Of a DNA stretch of 37,077 nucleotides, positions 16,619-27,221 are shown one piece after another; within the stretch, counting starts at the first letter, position 1, and every line of letters starts with the position of its first letter. This stretch comes from an uncultured virus (IMG/VR IMGVR_UViG_3300025759_000001). Lineage: Duplodnaviria; Heunggongvirae; Uroviricota; Caudoviricetes; Crassvirales. The position numbers and the translations under genes were made by a program. A model generated the notes under the pieces. That model saw nothing but the letters and a program-made list of their open reading frames with translations, had not been told where the DNA came from and did no database searches. The stretch is taken from IMG/VR virus record IMGVR_UViG_3300025759_000001; one strand, given 5' to 3'.

Positions 16619-19600
16619 TTAGTCCATGATCTGTAAGAATCGTAACGATGCTTTGTAATCCTTCTCAGTTTGGGCCCACCATGGAAAAGCTTTCTTAGTC
16701 TTAACCCATAGTTTAAGCCTACCTTCATTCTTACCTTGTTGATATACTTCAGTAGGAGATGTCATCTGGCCTAAAATCTTAGTAAATCTCTCTATAACAG
16801 AGATACTTGCTGTTGGATTCTTCATTAGCTTAATGGTCTCTGCAGGATTAAGATAGAAAGTAAGTTCTGATAGTTCTCTTCTTAGGTAATACCTAGCAAG
16901 TAAAGTATCATCATCTGGCTCTTCATCAAATCCTCCCATAGCAGTATAAGCTAACAGAGTTAATGCCATCATACCAAACTCTGCCGTTATTCTACGAATA
17001 TTAGCTTTCTCATGCTTAGATAAGTTTTTATAGTTACCTGTAATTACTTCAAACTTAAACTCTTTTACTGCTTGAGGTAATGTGTGCTTTAGAAATCTAA
17101 ATGCTGTTACATAATAACCTTCTTGATATTGCTTCATATCTTCAGAATAGAACCTATCAACATCGCGTAATTCTTCAGAAGCTTTAAGTGCCGTAGCATA
17201 TCCTCTGAATCTACGAAGAGTAGTTGACTCCATCCATTTCTTTAAGAAGAAAAGTAATTTACCCCACCATTCTCTCTGAGCTTGATTTTTTAAGTCATTG
17301 TCATAGTTACCGTGAAGATCTATAATTTTCTTTTTGATCAGTCCCCTAGCCTCTGTAAGAATATCATCTTGTTTACCTGGTTGAGGAGAAAAAGTTGTAG
17401 CAGCGGCCCATTTAGGCAACTTCATGTGTGCTTCACCTTTCTTATCTTTCTCAAAATACATCACTTCATCTAATGTAGCAGCCTTGTCGACATCTTTTGT
17501 CACTTTGCCGTCCTTTGTTAAAAATTCCCCCTTCTTGTTAAGGACTTTAATTCTATCCAAGACCGCGTACATTACTTTAGCCTGCATCATATGTTCACCA
17601 CCCTGTGCAATAGGTCTTAACTTGCTTGTTTTTATCATAGACTTAAGTCTAGAGTTATCCTCGAAGTTGTTATTTAAACTTTCTCTTGATCCAAGTACGT
17701 TGAATATATCTAGCATCATGTTAGTTCTAGATGAGTGAGTATTACTACCCATATCTCCTACTAAACCTTTTGCATCTTTCCAGTACTTAAGTCCTGCATT
17801 TTTCCAGTTCTTCATACCGTATGTTTCACCGCCCCATGCTTCTATTAAGTTATTTACTGTACCAGTAGTAGCATTCACAAATGAGTTAACGAAGTTACCA
17901 ATAAGTGCAACAGAACCAGAATATTTCAAGAGAGTAGTAGTTGCCTTCTGCATATTTACACCAGCCGCGCTACCTGCATCTTTCTCTTTTATACCATAGA
18001 TTCTACTTTCCATTATAGAAATAAGAGTCTTAACATCCTCAGGTAATTGCTCCTTAGGTAAATGCATCTGTATCTCTTTATCTCTACTGAACCCGTGCAT
18101 TACCGCAAGCTTCTGTAATCCTGAATGATTAGGAATAAGTCTATTACTCATTACATCAATCATAACATGTACTTGAGCCTCAAGTTTCTTTTTCTGCTCA
18201 TAATTCTTAGCCTCTTTCAGGTTCATAAGTAAAATAGTATGTACATCTAAACTCTGATCAGACTTAGCTAATTTAGATCTAAAAGGAATAGGCACATCAA
18301 ACTTCTGCTTATTAGTTAAGTCAGCCATTCTTTTAATAGAATCTTTTCCTTTATTTTCAGCTTTAGTTCCTGTATCTTCTAATTCGAATTCATCTTCTTT
18401 CTTCTTAAACATGTCAGTCACACTGTCACTAACAAGAGATTTTAAATCACCTGCAATAGCTCGAGCTTGACTAGATCTAGTTATACCTGGTAATCTATAA
18501 AAGTCTACCACGCCTGCTTTCTCTATTAAACTCTGCTTACCTCCAGTCAATACATTAGCATCAACTATCATCTTCTTCATAGCCTTAAGATGTTCTCTAT
18601 CTTTTACAGATAAAGCATCATAAGCCTTATTAGACCAAAGTTTCTTTTTAGGTTTAATATCTAGACCATATGTAGTCTTTTTAGAATCAGTATTAGCTTC
18701 AATCCAGTTAGCACGCTCAGTCTTTCCTATGGCCTCTTCCAAGGTCATTGAGTAAACTATTCCAGCTTCGGTATAAAACACATGAGTACCTTCTACCTTT
18801 AATCCATTACTTGGTAAATGAAGGCTTTTCTTTTCTCCATTCAATGTGTATGAGCCATCTTCTGATATCTCTATTCCTTTAAATTTCTCCTCATATACAG
18901 ACCTGTTCATCCACGAGTTAGCCTCATAGTATTTAGATAGGAAACCTGGGTTATATTCAGATATTAAATACGAGCCCTCATCAGTTTGATCAATAAATTT
19001 TCTATATCTCTCTTCGCTTCCAATTGAACTAGGGTATGCTTTAGAGAAATTCTCATAAGCTTCTTCAACTAATTTAGCTTGAGACTGGACCCATCTATCA
19101 ACTTCGAAATCTGCAGCATCTATCATTGCAGATACTGTTTGAATCTCAGCATTAGCAATATTCTTTTCAGAAACTAACCAACCTGTTGACGCGTGTATAT
19201 CAGACAAACTCTTTTTAGCTTGTTCTTCATAGAATTCGAATGCTTCTGCTTGTATTGTATCAGCATTAGCTATCATCTTTTCATTAACCCAAACATGAAT
19301 ACTTTCATCAGGCTTAGAATTCTTAGCTTCTAACTCAGCATATTCTTTTTCATACTTAGTTCTCCATACTGTAACATGTTCATTAGAATTATCTACCATT
19401 GTTTTAGCATAGATTCTTCTAGAAACACCTAGCATCTCTTGATTTAAAGTATCATAATCAGCAATAATCTTATCCAATACGTCCATTCTCTTTTTCTTCT
19501 GACCATTATCATTCTTAAGATATCCTTTATTATACTGTTCAAGCATTAATTGCTTAACATCCGGAATCATAGTAAATACAGAAGTAAAGAACTTGATGTT

Positions 19601-22600
19601 TTTTATTTCCTCAGGTGTAAGTTTACCTCTTTCAGCTAATCTACTAACAAGAGCTTTATATTGATTGACACTCTTCTCAGAGAAGTCAACATACCTAATC
19701 ATAGCTCTAGCGTTAGCTGTATTATTAAGCTTATCCATCTCTTCAGTCAATTTCTTATCTAAGTCTTTAACTTCTTGAAATTTAGTTTTCTCACCTTTAT
19801 CTAGACCAGCTTTTTTGAGCTCTTCAGCAGCAATTTCATTCTTAGTACGAGGCTCAATAGCTTGTCTTAAGTTAGATATAGACGATATGATTTGCTCATA
19901 TGTATTATCTAAAATTACCGCTTCTGGATCTTTCTTTTTCTGTCCAAAGTTCTTTTCTTGCTGAGCAAAATTAGATAAATTATCTAATAAATCAGACTTA
20001 ACAGTATTACTCAATAACTCTTTAGTAAGACTTGTAACCTCACTTTGTTTCAAGTTAAAAGTTCTGCGTAAGAAGTCAAAGAACCAATCCTTGAATGCTG
20101 TCCACATACTCTCTTTTTCTTTACTATCCCATATATCAGCACCCTCTCTACCAATTGCAGTAGCTAAAAGTTCTTTCTGGAACATTTCATTATCTAATTC
20201 AGGATACGCTTCCTTAACTTCGTCATATAAAGCAGTTCCTTCAAGGTCTTTTAAAGCTCTCTGAAGCCTTTTATTTTTAAGTCCACCTGGAAATGCATCA
20301 ATGAAAACGTGAGCAAACTCATGTATTGCAGTCGTCTTGAATACAGCTTTTGGATTAATAAGTATAACAGGTTTTCCTGCAGCAATAGTTCTTGGGTCAT
20401 TAGCGGATAATACCCTTGAAGTAGGGATTGTAGGATCCATGATAACTTCTACATTCATGCTTTTTTGCATATGAGCAATCTTAGCATTAAACACACTAAG
20501 CTCTTCAAGAAGGTAATCATTGCTACTAGATAGCATTCTTTCCTCTTGAACTCCATCACTTAAGTCATCAAGTTTAACTTCTGTGTATTGTAATCCAGTT
20601 TGTAAATCAACATCAACTACTACGAACTCACCAGTAATCTGGTCAATCATGTCATATCTCTCGTTCTTATTAATCATCCATAAATGACTATCTAGCATTT
20701 TACCTTTACCTTCAGTTTTGCTATCTTTAATTTCAGCAAACTTAGTCATATTAGTAAAGAATGTTTTAGGAAACTTTCCTCCAGACTTTGAAAGATAATT
20801 TTTAAATGCAGTTATATCATTAGGATCTAATACCATTGTAGATATTTCACGAACATTCTTAGAAGGAGCTGTATCTTTAGTGATAGTAGCTGAGCCCTCC
20901 CAAAATAAAGGATCACTTCTAAGTTCAGACATCACTTTCGTAATCTCTTTATTAATAGCAACAGGTATATTGTTTCCTTCTATTACAGACTTAGCAGGAG
21001 TGTTCTTTTCATTATATTCAAAGATACTTCCTTTACCAGACTTATGTCCTAACTTATGAGTACGAGTGTATATAGGATTCCCTTCTTTTTCTCCTCTAAA
21101 GATAAACAAGGCATAGTTTGGCATTGAAGCATCTCTTTCACTAATATCTACTTTAACAAATTTAGGAAATAATTTTATTCCAGTATCTTTGTCTTCTTCA
21201 AGAGCTATTGATGATTTAGATTCATCACTTATGAATCCTGTTCCATTACTATATGTTCCTCCAAATCCTTTAACTCTATCAAATCTTAATTCAGGAACTA
21301 GCTTGTACCCAATAGTCTTGTTATCCCACTGATGTCTTATCATTTGGTCTTGAAAATCCTCACCTCCAACAATCTTGTCAGCAGTTCTAAACATCTCATC
21401 AATCTCTCTATTAATACCATTCTCCGCAAAAAAGTTATGAGGTATGTGAGCAAAGAATTGATTAAGATTATTGTTAAACCCTGACTGGGAGTAAGCGTAT
21501 CTTATCAAATCTATTCCAAGTTCTTTCTCACTTGGATCAGAAGAATTAAGTAACCTAGACCATGCTCTGTACATTTTATTATTAAAACTCTTAGTTGCAG
21601 CTCTAGAATCTATACCTAAGAATTCATATCCTCCAGAAGAGTCTATTCTTAATTCCTTAACTAGAAAATTAGTAGAACCAGCCTCTTTTAAAGCATGTAT
21701 CTTTTCAGGTAATTGTTTAAATAAGTAATCATGATCAGCATTGTTGTTCTTAAACACAGATAATCCTGACATAGAATAACTTCTAAAAGAAGCTTCTAAA
21801 ACTCTTCCAAGCTCTGGGTCTTTTAATACTCCTTTTCCAAGCGTTATAGATATCTCATTGAAAGCACTTAATACCTCATTCTTACCAACTAAGAATAAAT
21901 CACTAGCTTGTAATATATCACCAACCCACAATACTGCTTGTTTGTAATAATGACCCATCATTGTTTCATTAAGATGCTTACCAGTGAATCCTTTAGTTTC
22001 AAATCCTAGTATTCTTCCAGAATTAAGAACCTCGTTAACTTTGTTCTCAGCAATCTGTCTAGCTACAACTCCACCTCCGTTACCTTTGGTATCAGCTTTT
22101 GCCGCGTTAACAGAAGCGCTAAAAGATTTAGAATGATCTTGTAAGAACTCAAATATATCTAATATCTTACCTTGTTCAATTTTCTGTTCAGTAGTTAATG
22201 GTCCTGTTCTTCTTATAGCAGCCTCCATTTTAGACTCACTTAAACCAGCTACATCTATCTCGTTAGCCTCAGACTCATTCACTTTATACTTTAATCTTAC
22301 ATACTCATAAGGAGTAACAGTCTTTCCTTTACCATCTTTTTGGAATACTAGTCTTTGAGCAGTCTTACCTTCAGACATGTTGATTATCTCAACAAGATCT
22401 TTAAGTATAGGCTGTCCTATAAGTCTATTAACCCATGATATAGGGGCACCTGCGCGTATAAGCATAGATGTTACATTGGATGTAGTTATATTATGATTAC
22501 CTCTAGATATATAAGGATCTTTAGCTATATCAACATATGCATTCAAGAATGCAGATAACACATCACTAACACTATTCTTACCATTTGTATCGTGTGTTCT

Positions 22601-25600
22601 ATCAAATTTAGTATGACCTTTAGAATCTTTATGTCCAATGCCTAAATAACCTTGAAGACTTATATTTAAACTCTGATTAGAAGCGTGATCAACTAATTGA
22701 TTAGCAATCATAGCTACACCAAACTTACCACTTAAGTATTGAAACTTAGTTTTAATTTGTTGTATAGGGCTCATAAACTGAAGAGACTTCATTTCTGGTG
22801 CAGGAAAAAGATCCTGCATGTCATCTTTCAAGAAACCTGCGTCAATTGAAGTCATCATTGCATCATAGGTATGAGGTGACAACAACACACTAGAATATAA
22901 ATCTACTAACATGTTCTGTTTACCTTTCTTAGAATCAGTATTACTTGGTATTTTCTGTATTTTACCATCTTTCACCTCAAGGTGATGAGTCATAACATAC
23001 ATCTTATCAATATCAAAATCTGAACCTGTCTTACCTGGCACCGCATCGTAAGCAATTATACTATCTCCAAGCTCTGGAGGAAGTATACCTACAATTTCTA
23101 AAGCATCATTCGAACTCATACCTTGATTAGGTATCCTATATGAAACCATTTGTAGAGCGCTAGGGTCTAAGATTTCTTTAAGCTTCTCAGCCGTCATGTT
23201 CCATGGCTTGATAAAGTCTGGGTGATCCTCAATCTTGTTAAGATCACCTTTCTCTAATGATCTATTATGCTTATCAATTGTAGCTCTTATTGCACTGTAA
23301 GGCAACATAGCTTGTCCTGGCAATACTTTACCATTTTCTATACGTGGTGGTTTTAAACCTTTACCATCGTAGTTATCACTAACTATTTTTATACCTGATC
23401 TAAGTACTTTAGCTGGTCCTTTACCGGACGAATCTTTTACAATTTCTTGTACAGACTCAAGTCCAAATGGAGATACCTGAATAAAACTACCGCCATTGGT
23501 TTTAACTTTAACAAGTTCTTTGTTAAAAATAGACATAAAGATGCTCTGCACTCTACCTGATAATTGAGGTATTGCATCAAATCTCATTTCCTTCTCTAAT
23601 GCTGAGATGATATTTTCATCTCCACCTCTTGATTTAAATTCATCAATTAGCGCATCATAGACTCCAGTCATGTCAGTAATCTTATTATCTTCTCCTATTC
23701 CAAACCTTTCTTGCAGTGAGGCTCTGCCTTCGCTAACTAAAGAACCAATAGTATCATGAATTAACTCCATAATTTCTCCACCAGTCTTAGGTTCACCATT
23801 CAACTCATAATTAGCATCACCGGATGTTAAATCAATACCAGCTAATATATTTTTCTGAATTTGAGATCCAGTTAAAGTATCATGTATAAGTTTAGTAGGT
23901 AAATCTTGTTGTAACTTCCATCCACCATTAAGTAAAGGTGTTGAATTAAGTTCGAATTCATCCATTAATTCCAGTGTACCTGGCTTATGTATATCTGTAA
24001 TACCCTTTGCTCCAACTTTTACACCATCTCGAGTAATAACCTCATGAAGTTCATCTTTCTTATTCTCATAAGGCTTCTTAGTTGCAGGATCAATAGTCAT
24101 CTTATCATACATCTTCTGCATTGGAGTATTTTTGACTAAACTAGGAACTAGTACAGCTTGAGAATATTTCAAATATACGGGACGTCCCTCATTAATTTCA
24201 AAGTATACACCCTTAAGTGGTTGTGCAGCAAGTTTAAGCTCCTTAGGCTCTAACTCTTTACCTGCCATCATCTTATCAAATACCTTTTCATGCTGAGCAC
24301 CCCATTTACCTAATCTCTCTTTAAGAAACTTCCATCTATGAGGAGTTATCCATGCTTGAGCATCAGTAGTGTTAATGTTCTTATATGCCTCTATTAAGCT
24401 TTTGTCAGTAAGTGAATCTTGAATCTCCTTAATATAAGAAGAAGCAACCTCGACTCCATTAACAGTAGCCTGGTTAAAGTACTTGTGATCATTCTTACTA
24501 AGTCTTAATTGTAGTCCATCAGTATATGTAGCAGGTACACGCTTAATTAAATCACTTTGATTCTTGTAATAAGCTTGGTCACCTGAAAATAACTTAGTAT
24601 ATTCAATTGTAGATATTAATCCATTTACAACATAGTCACCTACCATAGTGTGAATAGGAGATTCTTGTGTCCCATAACTTTCCATCAAGGTGTTATCAAT
24701 AGTAAGTGGTTTCAATTCGCCTTTTGCTTTAGGATTTACTTCTATGATTCTATTTGTTCTTAATTCAACAAGAGTTTCTTTCATCCTGTCTTTAATAGCT
24801 TGTTCAACAAATGGCTTTAATGCTTCTTTTTGAGAACTAGTTAAACCAGTCATTGTAGACTTCTTAGGATGTCCATTCTTATCATATAAGATGGCCTTAA
24901 GTTTAGGCTCAGCTTCAGAAGGATTAAATTCTGGAAATAGTTGAGACTTAAGCGCATTCATGCTTTTAGTATGATAGTGCTCTATCTTTTCTGAATCAGG
25001 TAAGTTAGCTATCTCATCAGCTGCCTCAGACATTCTGTTATACTCATCTTCAAAATAGTCTACAAAGATTTCAATAGTAGCATTATCAATGCTCACACCC
25101 TTCCCTTTAGTATATACTATCCCAGTTTGATGCATGTCAAATCCACCAATATCCATCTTACGGGACTTGTCCGCTGGAACAATAGTAGGAAAGATAGATT
25201 TTTGTAATGTACCTTTCTTACCAAGAATCTTTACCATACTATCATTAATAGCATCAGCAATTGTTATCTTGGTATTGTCAACACCATCATTCTTATTTTT
25301 AGATTTAATAGAACTAGATAGACTTATTTCAACAGATTTTATTCTTTCTAATGATTTTGCTTCTCTTTCACTGTCATTAACTATGTCAGAAGCTAATAAG
25401 AACTTCAACCATCTAGAGTTTTTGTTATATGTTTGACCAGCTAGTTCTTTGATATCAATTGTACTATCATCTCCAGCTTGCTGTTTCCAGGCATTTATTT
25501 TGTTATGTAAATAGCTTAAAGAAGAATAGGTCCAATATGTCTTACCTTCATTACCTACTATTGTATTCTCAGATAATTGTATAGCACTTAATGCTTGAGC

Positions 25601-27196
25601 ACCAGCAACTCTACTTAATACTTTCTGAAAGTCAAATGGATTTTTGAATTCACCAACAGTAGTTACAAAAGGAGATTTCTCATCTTTTATATGCTTCATA
25701 GTTTCCTCCATTCCTTCATACAATGCTTTTACTTCTCCATATCTCTTTTTAGGATCAGCAACTTGAAGTATAAAATTACGCATGTCAAGGCTATTAACAT
25801 TAATACCAAGAGCGTTCATAGCTTGCATTAATATAGGTAGATTCTCACTAATACTTTTTATTTGAGAAGCAGCAGTACCTCTAGTACCAGCTTGTTTAAT
25901 AAACTTATTCTTAGACTCGGTAATTAGATCTGAAATTTGATCTACATCAAGAGCCTTTTTCATCTTACCCTTATTGGTTAAGAACTTTTTTCTAAATCCA
26001 CGTCCCCATTCACCTTTAAGCTTACTAGTTCTAGAGTTAGTAGCAGAAGCGTTGATTACTTTAATATTTCTACCATCAACTTCAGTTACATAATATGTAA
26101 GGCTTGCTTTTGAAAACGCTTGAAAGAATTCAGTGATTTTGTTTCTCTCACCAATCTTATCAGAAGTGTTTAACTCTCTTAACCTATCAGCTAATCCCTT
26201 AGTCCATGGCTTAACTAATTTTAATCCATCAATTTTCTCAACCATAAGGTCAAATACGTCTTGAACATCTCCACCTAAGTTAAAGTTTACTAAATCAGAT
26301 AACATAGGCTCCAATGTAGTCCATACATCATCGAATTCAACAAATTGAGGCTTACCTAGAAACCTACCTGAAACAGTATCAAGTTTAGCTTCAGTCTTGC
26401 CATTATTATTTATATATACACTGCCGTCAGCATTCTTTCTAACAACAACTTCTGAATCTAATACGGTAGATAATAATAATTTTACATTTACAGATGCGCT
26501 ATCTTTAGAGTTCTTTGTGAAGTTTTCAGCAAAGTTCATACCAGTAGATTTATCCTCTTCAGATATTTCACTTTCAGGATTACCCTGCTCATCAGTAAGA
26601 TCTTGAATCTGATCTTTTCTAGCTCCTGCTTTAATACGCTTGCTAGATGTAAGACCCATGTCTTCTATCTGAGTTCTTACTTCAATTATAAAATCTTCTT
26701 TGTATTTTTGGACTAGATCTGCCCGTTGTATTGCGTCAGGATCTCCTGCATTCTCTGACCTGTAAGAGTCAATACTAGATTGTATTGATTCACCTATTTT
26801 AAGACCCTTAATCTCATCAATGTTATTGAAATCAAACCCTTCTTTAGTTGAGAATAATTCATACTTAAGTTGATTAGTAATTTCGTAAACATCATCAGGA
26901 TCTATTTCAGGAAACTTAATTTTATTTAAAAAATGTTTCTTCCCGTCTGCAAGTTTGTAGTAGTGTTCATTACCAGACTTGTATAATTTAGGATAACCAT
27001 TGTCATCCTGTCTTAAAGCACCGTACTTATCAACCCAGTTTGCTTCTTTGTTTCCTTCCCAGTCACCAAATACTTCTTTGAATTCGTCAGATGCAATTTT
27101 ACGTGCCTCTGCATTAGCTAACTCTAGTGTACCTAGAACATCAACCAACTTCTCTTCAAATTTCATGGCGCCTATACAATTCGATTTATTACCCAT
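16619..27196 (-). CDS. Giant virion-packaged RNA polymerase (crAss-like two-barrel type) fused to a zincin-like domain and C-terminal helical region, 3525 aa
   Basis: YRIPNQG and KTGSDFDIDK (catalytic DxDxD, 23003-23020), TDAQAWIT, QPLKGVY, VDIAKDP; HEFAH at 20309-20323; one Cys in the whole protein. Confidence 0.92.
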   Translation of the reverse strand: MGNKSNCIGAMKFEEKLVDVLGTLELANAEARKIASDEFKEVFGDWEGNKEANWVDKYGALRQDDNGYPKLYKSGNEHYYKLADGKKHFLNKIKFPEIDPDDVYEITNQLKYELFSTKEGFDFNNIDEIKGLKIGESIQSSIDSYRSENAGDPDAIQRADLVQKYKEDFIIEVRTQIEDMGLTSSKRIKAGARKDQIQDLTDEQGNPESEISEEDKSTGMNFAENFTKNSKDSASVNVKLLLSTVLDSEVVVRKNADGSVYINNNGKTEAKLDTVSGRFLGKPQFVEFDDVWTTLEPMLSDLVNFNLGGDVQDVFDLMVEKIDGLKLVKPWTKGLADRLRELNTSDKIGERNKITEFFQAFSKASLTYYVTEVDGRNIKVINASATNSRTSKLKGEWGRGFRKKFLTNKGKMKKALDVDQISDLITESKNKFIKQAGTRGTAASQIKSISENLPILMQAMNALGINVNSLDMRNFILQVADPKKRYGEVKALYEGMEETMKHIKDEKSPFVTTVGEFKNPFDFQKVLSRVAGAQALSAIQLSENTIVGNEGKTYWTYSSLSYLHNKINAWKQQAGDDSTIDIKELAGQTYNKNSRWLKFLLASDIVNDSEREAKSLERIKSVEISLSSSIKSKNKNDGVDNTKITIADAINDSMVKILGKKGTLQKSIFPTIVPADKSRKMDIGGFDMHQTGIVYTKGKGVSIDNATIEIFVDYFEDEYNRMSEAADEIANLPDSEKIEHYHTKSMNALKSQLFPEFNPSEAEPKLKAILYDKNGHPKKSTMTGLTSSQKEALKPFVEQAIKDRMKETLVELRTNRIIEVNPKAKGELKPLTIDNTLMESYGTQESPIHTMVGDYVVNGLISTIEYTKLFSGDQAYYKNQSDLIKRVPATYTDGLQLRLSKNDHKYFNQATVNGVEVASSYIKEIQDSLTDKSLIEAYKNINTTDAQAWITPHRWKFLKERLGKWGAQHEKVFDKMMAGKELEPKELKLAAQPLKGVYFEINEGRPVYLKYSQAVLVPSLVKNTPMQKMYDKMTIDPATKKPYENKKDELHEVITRDGVKVGAKGITDIHKPGTLELMDEFELNSTPLLNGGWKLQQDLPTKLIHDTLTGSQIQKNILAGIDLTSGDANYELNGEPKTGGEIMELIHDTIGSLVSEGRASLQERFGIGEDNKITDMTGVYDALIDEFKSRGGDENIISALEKEMRFDAIPQLSGRVQSIFMSIFNKELVKVKTNGGSFIQVSPFGLESVQEIVKDSSGKGPAKVLRSGIKIVSDNYDGKGLKPPRIENGKVLPGQAMLPYSAIRATIDKHNRSLEKGDLNKIEDHPDFIKPWNMTAEKLKEILDPSALQMVSYRIPNQGMSSNDALEIVGILPPELGDSIIAYDAVPGKTGSDFDIDKMYVMTHHLEVKDGKIQKIPSNTDSKKGKQNMLVDLYSSVLLSPHTYDAMMTSIDAGFLKDDMQDLFPAPEMKSLQFMSPIQQIKTKFQYLSGKFGVAMIANQLVDHASNQSLNISLQGYLGIGHKDSKGHTKFDRTHDTNGKNSVSDVLSAFLNAYVDIAKDPYISRGNHNITTSNVTSMLIRAGAPISWVNRLIGQPILKDLVEIINMSEGKTAQRLVFQKDGKGKTVTPYEYVRLKYKVNESEANEIDVAGLSESKMEAAIRRTGPLTTEQKIEQGKILDIFEFLQDHSKSFSASVNAAKADTKGNGGGVVARQIAENKVNEVLNSGRILGFETKGFTGKHLNETMMGHYYKQAVLWVGDILQASDLFLVGKNEVLSAFNEISITLGKGVLKDPELGRVLEASFRSYSMSGLSVFKNNNADHDYLFKQLPEKIHALKEAGSTNFLVKELRIDSSGGYEFLGIDSRAATKSFNNKMYRAWSRLLNSSDPSEKELGIDLIRYAYSQSGFNNNLNQFFAHIPHNFFAENGINREIDEMFRTADKIVGGEDFQDQMIRHQWDNKTIGYKLVPELRFDRVKGFGGTYSNGTGFISDESKSSIALEEDKDTGIKLFPKFVKVDISERDASMPNYALFIFRGEKEGNPIYTRTHKLGHKSGKGSIFEYNEKNTPAKSVIEGNNIPVAINKEITKVMSELRSDPLFWEGSATITKDTAPSKNVREISTMVLDPNDITAFKNYLSKSGGKFPKTFFTNMTKFAEIKDSKTEGKGKMLDSHLWMINKNERYDMIDQITGEFVVVDVDLQTGLQYTEVKLDDLSDGVQEERMLSSSNDYLLEELSVFNAKIAHMQKSMNVEVIMDPTIPTSRVLSANDPRTIAAGKPVILINPKAVFKTTAIHEFAHVFIDAFPGGLKNKRLQRALKDLEGTALYDEVKEAYPELDNEMFQKELLATAIGREGADIWDSKEKESMWTAFKDWFFDFLRRTFNLKQSEVTSLTKELLSNTVKSDLLDNLSNFAQQEKNFGQKKKDPEAVILDNTYEQIISSISNLRQAIEPRTKNEIAAEELKKAGLDKGEKTKFQEVKDLDKKLTEEMDKLNNTANARAMIRYVDFSEKSVNQYKALVSRLAERGKLTPEEIKNIKFFTSVFTMIPDVKQLMLEQYNKGYLKNDNGQKKKRMDVLDKIIADYDTLNQEMLGVSRRIYAKTMVDNSNEHVTVWRTKYEKEYAELEAKNSKPDESIHVWVNEKMIANADTIQAEAFEFYEEQAKKSLSDIHASTGWLVSEKNIANAEIQTVSAMIDAADFEVDRWVQSQAKLVEEAYENFSKAYPSSIGSEERYRKFIDQTDEGSYLISEYNPGFLSKYYEANSWMNRSVYEEKFKGIEISEDGSYTLNGEKKSLHLPSNGLKVEGTHVFYTEAGIVYSMTLEEAIGKTERANWIEANTDSKKTTYGLDIKPKKKLWSNKAYDALSVKDREHLKAMKKMIVDANVLTGGKQSLIEKAGVVDFYRLPGITRSSQARAIAGDLKSLVSDSVTDMFKKKEDEFELEDTGTKAENKGKDSIKRMADLTNKQKFDVPIPFRSKLAKSDQSLDVHTILLMNLKEAKNYEQKKKLEAQVHVMIDVMSNRLIPNHSGLQKLAVMHGFSRDKEIQMHLPKEQLPEDVKTLISIMESRIYGIKEKDAGSAAGVNMQKATTTLLKYSGSVALIGNFVNSFVNATTGTVNNLIEAWGGETYGMKNWKNAGLKYWKDAKGLVGDMGSNTHSSRTNMMLDIFNVLGSRESLNNNFEDNSRLKSMIKTSKLRPIAQGGEHMMQAKVMYAVLDRIKVLNKKGEFLTKDGKVTKDVDKAATLDEVMYFEKDKKGEAHMKLPKWAAATTFSPQPGKQDDILTEARGLIKKKIIDLHGNYDNDLKNQAQREWWGKLLFFLKKWMESTTLRRFRGYATALKASEELRDVDRFYSEDMKQYQEGYYVTAFRFLKHTLPQAVKEFKFEVITGNYKNLSKHEKANIRRITAEFGMMALTLLAYTAMGGFDEEPDDDTLLARYYLRRELSELTFYLNPAETIKLMKNPTASISVIERFTKILGQMTSPTEVYQQGKNEGRLKLWVKTKKAFPWWAQTEKDYKASLRFLQIMD

Positions 27197-27221
27197 TTGT
27201 TTTTATAGCGTTTAAATTTGT

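Noticed and set aside
11963..27196. Inteins or introns in RNR or RNAP
   Set aside because: Both ORFs are continuous; no intein termini or LAGLIDADG motifs were recognised, RNR is of ordinary length, and the RNAP has no internal Cys.
27196..27220. TAAATTTG matching the Bacteroidota -7 promoter element on the plus strand
   Set aside because: The nearest upstream TTTG is only 13 nt away rather than about 19-21, it points antisense to the cargo genes, and such matches are common in AT-rich DNA.
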